From contig NC_069000.1 in assembly GCF_001194135.2 (NCBI RefSeq), forward strand, positions 7,682,013 to 7,746,012: a stretch of 64,000 bases of DNA, given 5' to 3'. Positions 1 through 11,289 of this stretch are shown here, piece after piece. A program made the translations under genes and the position numbers. A model generated the notes under the pieces. That model worked only from the letters and a program-made list of their open reading frames with translations. It made no database searches and had not been told where the DNA came from. Source of the stretch: Octopus bimaculoides. Its lineage: Eukaryota. Within the stretch, counting starts at the first letter, position 1. Every line of letters starts with the position of its first letter.

Positions 1-180
1 ATATAAATATATATATATATACATACATATGTACATAAGTATATTTACATATGTATATCTATCTATATATATATATGTACATACGTATATATATGTACAT
101 ATGTAAATATGAACATATATAAGTACATACATATGTTTATGCACGTACGTATGTACACACATATATATGTATGTACATAC

Positions 181-230
<50 letters not shown>

Positions 231-743
231 NNNNNNNNNNNNNNNNNNNNNNNNNNNNNNNNNNNNNNNNNNNNNNNNNNNNNNNNNNNNNNNNNNNNNN
301 NNNNNNNNNNNNNNNNNNNNNNNNNNNNNNNNNNNNNNNNNNNNNNNNNNNNNNNNNNNNTATATATACATATGTACACACACACACACATACACATATA
401 TATATATATGGAAAGAGTAAGAGAGAGAACATATATTAAGTTAAAATAAAATGAAAGTAGTTTAAAGGATGGCAGTTAAGATTTTATATTGAGAAAAAAA
501 AAAAACTGGAAAGAAAGGTTTACTCATTCATTTCTAATATACAACATAATTAAAAATACATAAATGCTATACATATATCTAAATACACTGTAATCGTGTG
601 AGTAAAAACCATAAGAACCACGTCCAAGCTTCAATAGACACTTCCTCAAAGTTCTAGACTAGAAATGTGCGACGCAAAAATGCATTATGGTGGAATATTT
701 TGACATCATTTGTATAGATATGTATGTGTGGGTCTATGTGCAG

Positions 744-778
<35 letters not shown>

Positions 779-1599
779 AGTTTTAATGTATCTTTTCGTA
801 TCTTTGTATGAGTATGTGTTCATTGTGTGTGTGTGTATGTATATATATATATATATATACTTATGTATGTGTGTGTGTGGTCATGTTCATAATTGTGTGA
901 TTACGTGTTTATTGTGCAAACAGATGTGTATGTGTTTGTGTGGGTGTGTGTATATGTATATGCATCTGTTTATGTGTGTGCGGGTGTATATTTTTTAATA
1001 TATACACTCATGTTAGTATATATTTAAAGCATGTGTATATGTTTATGTTTTTAAGTGTGTATAAGAATGTGCATATATAGACCAGCATGCAATGTTTGTC
1101 TGTCTGTCTCCGAAGTCAGACTTTACAATAACAGACACCTCCCCCACTCCACTTTTATGTTTCACCTCATTCTATCTCAAGAACATAATTCACAGGTCGG
1201 TGGCAAGGGGGAACGGCATACAGGGGGGAAGGGTGACCTATTTTGAAGGGTTACAGGAACTATAGCTTTCCGAAGATGATGATGAAGATGGTGGTGGCTA
1301 TGGTAGTGACAGTAGTATTGATGGTGGTGGTGGTGGAGGTAGTGTGGCAATGATCGTAGCAATGGAAATGATGATGGTATTAATGATGGTAGTAATGATA
1401 ATGATAATAGTAATGATGCTGGTGACGATGATAATGGTGATGATGAGGAAGATGATGATGATGGTGATAAGGATGATGATGATGAATAGTATGATGGTGG
1501 TGGTAACGATGATGATGATGATGATGGTGGTGGTGTGAAAGCTGAATCAAAACAGTTTTAATAAACAAAGAATGAACGAAAACCAGGACGTTGAAATTA

Positions 1600-1952
1600 G
1601 AATTCAGTGAAGTGTGTCACAGGTGAGAAATGGATGTTGATCTGTAATTGAAACTCAGTGAAGTGCGTAAAAGGTGAGATTCAGAAGGTGACGTACCATA
1701 TTGATGGAGGGAAACATGACTAATAATGATTATCACAGGAATTCAATGAAGCATGACACAGGTGAGTGTCATATTGCCTTACTTTATCATAAATACAACA
1801 CAAGAATTACCAAATCCTTAAAGGAACAATGTGTGTGAGACAGAGACAGACATACACAGAGAGATGGTGACAAGAATTCACTGAAGTGTAACGTAGGTAA
1901 CTAAGAGAAGATGTTGCTGAGAAGTCACTGAAGCATGGTCAACACAGGTGAG
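1600..1952 (+). repeat. Five dispersed ~28-nt motifs, consensus GAATTCASTGAAGYRTNNCACAGGTGAG, with unrelated spacers
   Basis: Seen: copies start at 1600, 1650, 1739, 1874 and 1921. Confidence 0.85.
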
Positions 1953-1976
1953 ATATTTGACAACTCTACAATTTAC

Positions 1977-2096
1977 CTTGAAGCCAGACTGGTCGCGATA
2001 GAACCATGGATACGTAGTCCGGTAGGAGACGTGTTGCATGGTGCCGTACTCTGCCGGTACTGGTGTGACGCAGTAGTGCAGACAATGTGCAGCTAG
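1977..2096 (-). CDS. Putative internal coding exon (4th coding exon of an unidentified minus-strand gene); favoured frame LAAHCLHYCVTPVPAEYGTMQHVSYRTTYPWFYRDQSGFK
   Basis: Seen: donor CAAG|GTAAAT at 1977/1976; pyrimidine tract followed by four AGs giving exon starts at 2105, 2101, 2096 or 2092; CpG-rich in a CpG-poor background. The 2096 start (120 nt, phase 0-0) continues the frame of the 19276-19183 exon. Acceptor and frame are uncertain; product not recognised. Confidence 0.55.
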
Positions 2097-2656
2097 CTAC
2101 ACTGTCTGGATGTGGTTATGTGTGCGTGTGTGTGCGGGGAGAGAGAGGTGAGAAAGAAGCAATACCAGAACAGACATCTCTACACCCCCTCCCCACCTCT
2201 GCCCCACTACATTATCTTACAGAACGGAGAGATGGAAATTCTAGCAGTATTGATTTCTGTAGCAGCAGCAGCAGCAGCGAGTGGGTGGGGGGAGCATTAG
2301 TTGTTGCAATGGTATTTAGAGACAGTGTTGGAGATAGAGGGGGGGGGCAGCATGTAATGGCATCATCGCATGTCACCAGAATGCGATGGCGGCGGCAGCG
2401 GTGGTGGTGGTGACAGTAGTGGTGGCTGTGATGGTGGTGGTGGTGTTAGGGATGAACACAGTGGTGGTAGTGGCGGTGATGGTGGTTATAATGAAGTTGG
2501 TGATGGTGATGATGGTGATGATGGTGCTAGTGTCAACAGTGTCACCCTCACATTTCACCACAAATCCTCACAATGAGTCAATTACATTGAAATATTTCGT
2601 AACAGCCAAAATTACCACCTGTATCTTTATGTGTGTGTGTGTGTGTATGTGTATAT

Positions 2657-2709
<53 letters not shown>

Positions 2710-2826
2710 NNNNNNNNNNNNNNNNNNNNNNNNNNNNNNNNNNNNNNNNNNNNNNNNNNNNNNNNNNNNNNNNNNNNNNNNNNNNNNNNNNNNNNNNNNN
2801 NNNNNNNNNNNNNNNNNNNNNNNNNN

Positions 2827-2867
<41 letters not shown>

Positions 2868-4049
2868 TAGATAGATAAATTCTGTGTGTATTACATATAC
2901 ATATATATATATATATATATGTATGTATACACATATATAGATATATAGATTGATAGGTATGTCTATAAACACACAATTGTATACTTGTATGTGTGTTTGT
3001 ATATCTATCGATTTATCTATTTATACATACGTACATACATACATACATACATACATACACACACACAATTTTATTTCTCACAAAAATTAGTGTGGTAATA
3101 GTAGTAGTGGTATTGTTATAATGAGGTGGTTGTGTGGGCAGTAGTGAAGTGGTGGTAGTGGTGGTGGTGTGGGTGGTAGTGTTAAAGGCATTGGTCATAG
3201 CAATGTGGGTGGTGTTGGTGGTGGTTGTGATGTGATTGGGCTGTGAATGGTATAATACCAGCCACACCACCAACGAACCATACCATCACCACCATCATCA
3301 TCATCATCATCACAACCACCACCACAACCATCACCACCCACACTATTACTGTAACATTTGATGAAGGTGTGGCTATATTGATATGAAACTGTCTCAGGAC
3401 CTTAGGAGGGGGGGAGTGGGTACAACAGATAGAAAAGAAATGAGAGAGGGAGGAGGATAAGTGCTGAAGGAGGAGGGGGTAAACAATGAGTCAGAGATGA
3501 TAATAATAATAATAATAATAATAATATATTATAATGTAGGGGCTAGCAAATAAGAAGGGAGAGAGTTAAACCTTAATGTAGAGTGTTAGTCCCCAGAAAT
3601 AAAAGGTTTTAACTTTAGCTGGATTCGAACTCACAACTCACTATTGTATAAGCTATTCCTTTTCTCCCTATTACCACCTTCCTACCCCTAATACCCTGTG
3701 ATACAGTAACCATGACAACAGTGTGTAATACTGACTTATTTAGAAACAGGAGTGTTGTAGCACCATCAACACCACCACCATCTTAGCCATACAAGATAAG
3801 TTGTTTAGCCCAAGGTCAGCTCAGAGCCAGTAGACCTATAATCAAAGACGTTCCAGCCATGATCCTCCTGCCTCCTTTGTACATGAGGAACTATATAAGT
3901 TCCGTGTATATTCCCATACTTAAAACAGTAAACATGCAATTGGAAAATTTGGTGGGTATTTTGGAAGGTTGAGTAACAATCTAGAGGCTGCCTAACTGAC
4001 CAAATATATGAGGTGTTATGTGGTATATAAGAATGTAGAGAGAGTGTAT

Positions 4050-4570
4050 AGTTTACAGCATTTAGTTGCTGGAACAAAAATCAACCAGAGAAAATTCATA
4101 GAGTTTTTACTGCTTTTGGTAATGAAAGGCCTCTCTCTCACAGTGAAAGGCAGATTGTATGATGCTTGTGCACAAATAGTAATGCTACATGGTAGTGAAA
4201 CATGAGTGTAGAGGACATGCAAAAACTGGAAAGAAATTAAGCTAATATGCTCCACTGGATGTGCAATGTCAGTGTGCATGCATGACAAAGTGTAAATGTG
4301 TTGAGAGAAAAGGCGAGAATAAGAGGAATCGGATGTAGTCATGCAAGAGAGAAAACTGTGCTGGTGTGGTCATGTGACATGTATGAATGAGGGTAGCAAG
4401 CATAAAAAAAGTGCCAATTATAAAATGTGGATGTGACCTGTGAAAGATGGAAACCCAGAAAGATGTGGGACAAAGTAGCAAAGAATGACCTCCAAATGTT
4501 TAGCTTCACAGAAGAGATGACATAGGACTGAGATGATTGGCAATTCTGTACTCAAGAAGACATGTCCATC
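4050..4570 (+). mobile_element. RTE-clade LINE, decayed 3' ORF fragment
   Basis: Translation with stops and shifts: GLSLTVKGRLYDACAQIVMLHGSET...MLHWMCNVSVH...ERKLCWCGHV...PRKMWD. This matches the RTE RT C-terminal motifs (LY..CV...MLYGSETW; RLRWFGHV; GRPRKTW). Confidence 0.85.
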
Positions 4571-5352
4571 TTAACAAATGAATGAAGTCCTGAAAGTGGT
4601 TGATGTTCATAGCTCCACACTCACTCTGTCTGTGTCAAGCCTCATCCACAACTCATCTTCCTAACACTCCATTTCTCTTCTAACTACGGTACTATTTACT
4701 AAGCTGCTGTAAAGTTCTATGAGAGCAGAACTGCACGTATTTCATCCCCATTTTTGTGTCCCCAGCCAAAGCAGATACTGGACTTCAACGCAGCCCCTCT
4801 GGCTTGATAAATCCTGTCAAGCAGTCAACCCATGCCAGCATGGAAGACTGATGTTAAATAATGATGATGATATAAATACATAAATACATATAATAGACTA
4901 CATACATAGACATAAATACAAACTCACACACACATATATATAATTTAAGGTGCTTTGAGGTATGGATGTGAATGGTATGTCAATGTATATAACTGATATA
5001 AAACAATATTGTGTGAGTGTGCATGTATAAAACAATGATATAAGTTCTATAAAACAATGTGGTTATATCTACCTGCAGTTGACCGAGTTCAACAAAGTCA
5101 TAATGGAAGTGGGCACATTCTTCTAGCTTGGGAAACCGGGTCGAACCATCAGAGAGACTGTAAAAGAGAGAATATATTAGATGTAGATATATGTGTGTGT
5201 CTGTGTGTATATATTTATATACATACATACACATACACTCAAACATACACACAAATAATTTAGTTATATTTGATTAAGGAAACCGGGTTAAACCACCAGA
5301 TAGACTGTAAAAGAATATATTATTAGATACAGATGTGTGTGTACTCACACAC

Positions 5353-5403
<51 letters not shown>

Positions 5404-5973
5404 TACACACACACACACACAAATACATAGATACATATATATTGTACACACATACATATACATACATATGACACTAGCAGCATTGCGAAACTTAGAGAAA
5501 CAAACTGTGAAGATATAAGCTTCAACTAAGCATTCACTGTTACAGGAAATCAATACTGAAACTATTGATGTCATCAATAATTCACCATTTAGATTATTGA
5601 TATTTAAAATTTCAGAGTATATAATCTTCCTCTTCATCATCATCACCACTACCATCACCACCACCATAATATAATAATTAAAAACAGTAACTTGATGACA
5701 TTAATACTTCAACAGAATTTAGTCTCTGCTATCACCATAACCATCTTCCCCATTCGCTGTGACCTCTTACCACACCAAATACTCATCAGCTTATGGTGTA
5801 ACCTATTTACAGCCAGGTGGATGGTGTCATTTACGGTTTAGGGTTCTTGACAAAGAGGCAGCACACCTGTAGCAGTAATTTACTTGCCAAGTTAATACCT
5901 TGACACCTATGGGAGTATCCAAACAGAGGGTATCAAACGGAGATACAATAATACTGTTCTATAATTGCCCACA

Positions 5974-6220
5974 GGCATATAGCGTAATGGTTAAGAGTGC
6001 AGGCTACTAACCCCAAGGTTCCGAGTTCAATTCCAGGCAGTGTCTTGAATAAATAATTATAATAATAACATCAGCAAAAAATACCTTAGGAATGAGAACC
6101 CAGAGTTGGGTTGAAAATTCTACTGGACACCTGATGAAGGCCGGAGAGTAAGTCAGCTGAAACATTATGGTAATAACAAACAAGATGAGGCCACATATCT
6201 GTCCAATGTAAATAATGTAG
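5974..6220 (+). mobile_element. tRNA-derived SINE-like element with a hammerhead-like core in its 3' part
   Basis: Seen: A-box-like TAGCGTAATGG and B-box-like GAGTTCAATTCC in 5974-6040; CTGATGA at 6131-6137 and GAAAC at 6159-6163. Confidence 0.65.
6127..6170 (+). ncRNA. Degenerate minimal type I hammerhead ribozyme motif
   Basis: Seen: acac-CTGATGA-a-GGCCG-gagagtaagt-CAGCT-GAAAC-ATT. Core is canonical; stem II is imperfect; ACAT would be a CpG-decayed ACGT stem III. Activity untested. Confidence 0.5.
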
Positions 6221-6262
6221 AGATACAATAAGATCACATCAGACTGAAAATAGCAAGACAGC

Positions 6263-6304
<42 letters not shown>

Positions 6305-9300
6305 GACAGATAGATAGTAGAAAGGACACCATAATGCAAAATGGAAATCTGTTGGACAAATGTATTTATCACCTACATTTATATATGCCCTTTATATATA
6401 ACCCATTATATATACCCTTTATATACAACCTATTATATAACCTTTATATTTAGCCTTTATATATATCCATTATATACAACCCTCTATACATATAACAGTC
6501 ATATATATCCCATTATATCCAAGCTATACCACCAAGGAAAACAGACGTTAACTGTTGATGATCACACACACTTTTTGCTTTACACCCAATGCAGTATGCT
6601 AAGTCAGTGAAGTAATGAAGTTAACTGCTACACTGCCACTCAACTTAATTAGAAATATCAACAAAATCTCTGTCAGATCAAACCTTAAAAAAGGAAGGTT
6701 ACACTGGCCAATGTAATCCTAGATACATTATGTTACAAGGAATATATGGCACCTGCACAATTAAGGATCAGACTCTACTGACCACTAACAGGTGCACGTA
6801 CCATAGCAATGCTCCCTCTACAATCATAAACATTACAAGTGTCAACAGAGCCACTGTTCGGTCAGTGAGTTGAGAGACCATTAAAAGCAGACATGTCAAG
6901 AAGATTAAAAGATTCCACCTGCACTAGCCAAACAATGGTTTGATGGATGACCACCTATGTATGAGATGTTTGCAAAAATTGGTGTTGGGTGGTGTGAGGG
7001 GCTAAACAAGACCCAGCTCTGGGTTTGGAGAAGTTCTTCTTCAAATATGGAAACTGAAGTGAAATTCTTTGAAAAATAAAAGCCAAAAGTGGTCACAGTT
7101 GTTACTGTGGTTCAACTCAAAGCAAATCCTGAATTCCTGCTATGACCATCCCATTCTTTATCAGGACTGAGAAATATCAAGGACTACATTGTCCAACATG
7201 GTTTTAAAACAGCAGGATGTAACACGAGAGGGATCTGATTGCTACTTCTAGCACTTTAAAGTGATCATGTAGTGGTTCTCTACATGGTCACTTAATAAGA
7301 TTCTCTTTCCCTCCTCTGGATAAATGATGGTGGTGGTGGTGTTTGGTGTTGGTGGAGATGGTGAGTGGTGATAATGTTGTTGTTAGTGGTGGTAGTATTT
7401 GAACACGGTGATGGTGGTGGTAGTGATAGTGGTGTTGGTAGTGTTGGTGATAGTGTTGTTATTTATGGTGGTGGTGGTAGTGGAGGTAGTGATAGCATTG
7501 TTGTTGTTGCTCTTGTTGGTGGTGATGCTCAGTGAAAAACTATTTCTAAACACAACAAAGAATATTGATCAAAAATTGATGGGTGTTATTTAGAGTAGTG
7601 GAGGGTGGAGAACTCCACAACAAACCAAACCAATCATTTATTCTCTCCAACTGATTCCAGAGACAATAATGTCCACCGAAACATAAAGGACAACAGCACT
7701 GCCAGTTTGTGCTTTAGATTCGCTGGTTTTTGTTTATTGCAAACATTAAAACCCACTGGTTGTCTTCACTACAACATCACATCACATATTTTTGTAAGTG
7801 CATCATCAGATGCACCACGACGACGACGACCACGACGACCACCACCACTGCCGCCACCACCAACACCACTTCTACCTAAACTGCCACCACCATCATTACC
7901 ACTTCTACCACAACTGCCACTNNNNNNNNNNNNNNNNNNNNNNNNNNNNNNNNNNNNNNNNNNNNNNNNNNNNNNNNNNNNNNNNNNNNNCACCACCACC
8001 ACATCACTATTGCCAAGCTTCAGGCATTATTTAATCTAAGATTCCTCGTAAACAACAGTACCCCACCCCGCCGAATCTCAACTTCTTCACCCACCACCAC
8101 TTCCACCCACATATACCTGTCCTGGCCTTAAATCAGGTATTTCAGTCAAAATAGTTACCCCTTGCAGCCCTGCCCTAAATAATCTCACTATCTCCAACTC
8201 AGACATTCTGCCAACTTTTTCACTATTTCATAATCACTGCATCTTCTTGTTTGGCTCTAAGCAAAACTTTCGTAGAGTGGTGTTTCGTTCTGTTGGCAGG
8301 TATGGGCTGTGGCAGTAGCTGCAGTGGTGGTGTTGGTTATCATTAGGGGTGGTTGTTTGTAGTGGTGGTGGCGATCATAGTGATGATAGTAGTGATGATG
8401 AAGGTGGCGGTGGTGGTGGTTGTTGATGGAGGTGAAGATAGTGGTAGTAGAGGTAATTGCAGCAGTGAAGGTGGTAAAGATGGAAATAATAATAATACTA
8501 ATGATAGCAGAGCTAATAACAATGGTAATGATAGCAGACTTAATAGTAATCATGATAGCAGAGCTAATAGTAATGATAGTAACTCCAAATCTTTAAGGTT
8601 TCCAAAGGAAAAATGTTTGGGTTGATGCCTTTCTAAAAAGTGGGACAAGCTGTTGCAAACAAGAATTGAAACTGAATCTCCAGATTTAGCTGGTCTTATC
8701 ATGCCTCACAGATAATGCCACACCACACACATACACACATTGTTTCTAATATAAGCACAATGCCAGCAGTTTTAAGGGGAGGGTATTAATTGTTATCATT
8801 CACTCTCGTACTTGATTACCCCAGAGGGATGAAAAGCAAAGTTGATCTTGGCAGGATTTGAACTTTGAATGTAAACAACCAGAATAATCCTTTCTAGTGC
8901 AGGCACAAGGTCTGAAATTTGGAAATAAATGGGTTGTGCTCAATTGGACCTTAAAGGTCAAAAGAAAAAGTTGACCATGGCACCAGCACTAACAAAAGAT
9001 AAAGTCAACCATGGCACCAGCACTAATGCGATCACCAAATAACTTGTAGGACAAGGGTCTCAACTGGGTGAGTAGAGTTGTACTACCAAGAGGTGGCTTT
9101 ATGCCAGGTGATGTGAGGTTCACGTATGATAGAGGTACAGAAACAGGTGTCTTACAGGAGAGGAAGTACGTGGTTACCCTAGTTGAGGAAAATAAAAGAT
9201 GTTGAAGAGATGTCAGGATCTTTTTATAATGAGATTTAGTTTGAAGAATAAGTCTACCTAATCATAAGTATCACTGAATGGCACAGTCTCCCAGCCCGTA

Positions 9301-9419
9301 GTCCATTCCACTTTACAGCAACACGAGTGACTATGATGTAGTGTTAAGTTCAACTGTTGTTGCAGGAAAGTTTATCTGTAACAGGTTTACTTCCTCTCCT
9401 TGGAGGAAGTGACTCTCTT

Positions 9420-9830
9420 CCAACAATTCCATAAACAATTTTGGAATCAAAATAATAATTCTAGAGAATTATATCTTTGCCAGCTGCTCACCAGCTTTCT
9501 AGTTAAAGATATATATACAACTGGCTGAATTTCCATCTTGCCCAGAATACCAATCTGCTGGAAGCTGTCCAGAGACATGGTAAGTGACTGACGAGGGATT
9601 GCATATCTTAAACATATTGCTTCTCTAAGCATCTATACACCAAAGCTTCAATATTTAGCAATTAATATAGTAGAAGCCACAAAATTATTCAACATCTTTA
9701 CCACAACTTTGACCACCTTTAAATTCAAAATCTCTACAGCTTATGGATATGCTTATAAAATCAAAACACATCGCAACAGCCATGACTTTCAGAAACACTT
9801 TCTTTCATGTCTTTTTTGTGCCTGGTACTG
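9420..9830 (+). mobile_element. CR1-type LINE, 3' end relic
   Basis: Translation NTNLLEAVQRH...ASLSIYTPKLQYLAINIVEATKLFN...YKIKTHRNSHDFQKHF resembles the CR1 C-terminus (LLERVQRRATK; TRGH.YK; K.FF). Confidence 0.7.
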
Positions 9831-9879
9831 CATCAGGGCATTTATTATCATTATTATTATTATGAAGGTGGTGGTTGGT

Positions 9880-10280
9880 AGAATTGTTAACATGCTGGAC
9901 AAAATACTTAGTGGCATTTCATCAATCTTTATGTTTTGAGTTCAAATTTTGCTGAGGTCGACTTTGCCTTTCATCCTTTCGGGGTTGATAAATTAAGTAC
10001 CAGTTGCGTACTGGGGTCGATCTAATCGACTGGCCCCCTCCCCCAAAATTTAGGGCCTTGTGCCTAGAGTAGCAAAAAATCGTTAGCACGCTGGGCAAAA
10101 AGCTTAGCGGCATTTCATTTGTCTTTTACATTCTGAGTTCAAATTCCGCTGAGGTCAGCTTTGCCTTTCATCCTTCAAGGTCAATAAAATAAATGGTAGT
10201 TGAGCACTGGGGGTTGATGTAATCGACTTATCCCCTCCCCCAAAATTGCTGCCCCTGAGACAAAATTTGAAACCTTTATT
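9880..10280 (+). mobile_element. Tandem pair of tRNA-type SINEs (family B)
   Basis: Seen: gagttcaaatt(t/c)...gaggtc...ctttgcctttcatcc twice; the first copy retains CpGs. The same family occurs at about 8750-8990 (-), 15385-15520 (-), 19745-19890 (-), 20080-20285 (-), 42640-42815 (+) and 44670-45060 (-). Confidence 0.85.
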
Positions 10281-11289
10281 ATTATTATTATTATTATTTT
10301 CTTAGTGGTAAATTCAGTGGTGGTAACTATAAGAAGGGTTGAGAAAGAATTTATAGCCTTCATGCCTGTCTTGCAGCAAGTTAATTCTAAACAAACAGGA
10401 GATCTAAAGAAAACAACAGATTTCATTGGTCAAAAGTCAGAATAGTTTCTCCTCCCACCCTCTTTTTCATCAACCACTATGGTCATGGGGTGTGGGCAGA
10501 GATGGTGTTATTGGTGGTGTTGGGTTTGTAGTTGCAGTTTGTGTTGGGTGGCTGTGTAGTGTTATTATTTGTGGCAGTGTTGTAGTTGTAGTTGGTGGTG
10601 GTGGTGACTACAATATTCCAGTAAATGTTGATTCTACAACATAAAACCTGAATATATTTTACTTATCATATTTGTATTCTTGCAGCAGCAGCAGCACTCC
10701 TATGTAGGTGATGTCATTAATGTTGAAGTGTCAATCTGCTGTTAATTATGTTGTGTTATATAACGATGGCATAAAATAGTTGGAGAGAGAGAGGGGGGGG
10801 GAGAAAGGGACTGGAAGAGAAGAGAAGAGAAGAAGGAAGAATAAATGACATTTTTTTTTTTCTTTCTTGATGTATTTAAATGTCTGAAACAAAACTATTT
10901 CAGACATTAAAAATGGAACACACACACAAACACACATCTATACTAACATACATACACACATAAACACCTTCATGCATACATATACATACACAGATTCAAC
11001 TACAAACACATGTACATGGATATACAAATGTACACACATCTACATATATATATATACATTCATATGCATCTCAAAATACATACACACACAATGAGATGTA
11101 TAAATACACACACACAAGCCAGAAAGAACACAGTTAATCAGGAAATCCCAGTCACAACCGATTAAAGATGCTATGAGAATATACAAAACAGAAGTTTGGT
11201 ATGTAATAAGGGTATATATACATGTGTGCTTGATTATATGCAGACATACATACATGCATGAATGAATGAATGCACACACACACCACTAC

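Noticed and set aside
540-658. Possible next exon (SRTLRKCLLKLGRGSYG.., resembling a kinase Gly loop)
   Set aside because: The acceptor is plausible but there is no good donor and no other kinase motifs; not reported as a feature.
1600-1952. CRISPR-like repeat-spacer appearance
   Set aside because: Eukaryotic context, diverged repeats, irregular spacers and no cas genes; kept only as a motif cluster.
5974-6045. Intact tRNA gene (also the heads of SINE families A, B and F)
   Set aside because: No complete cloverleaf or acceptor stem; these are SINE heads.
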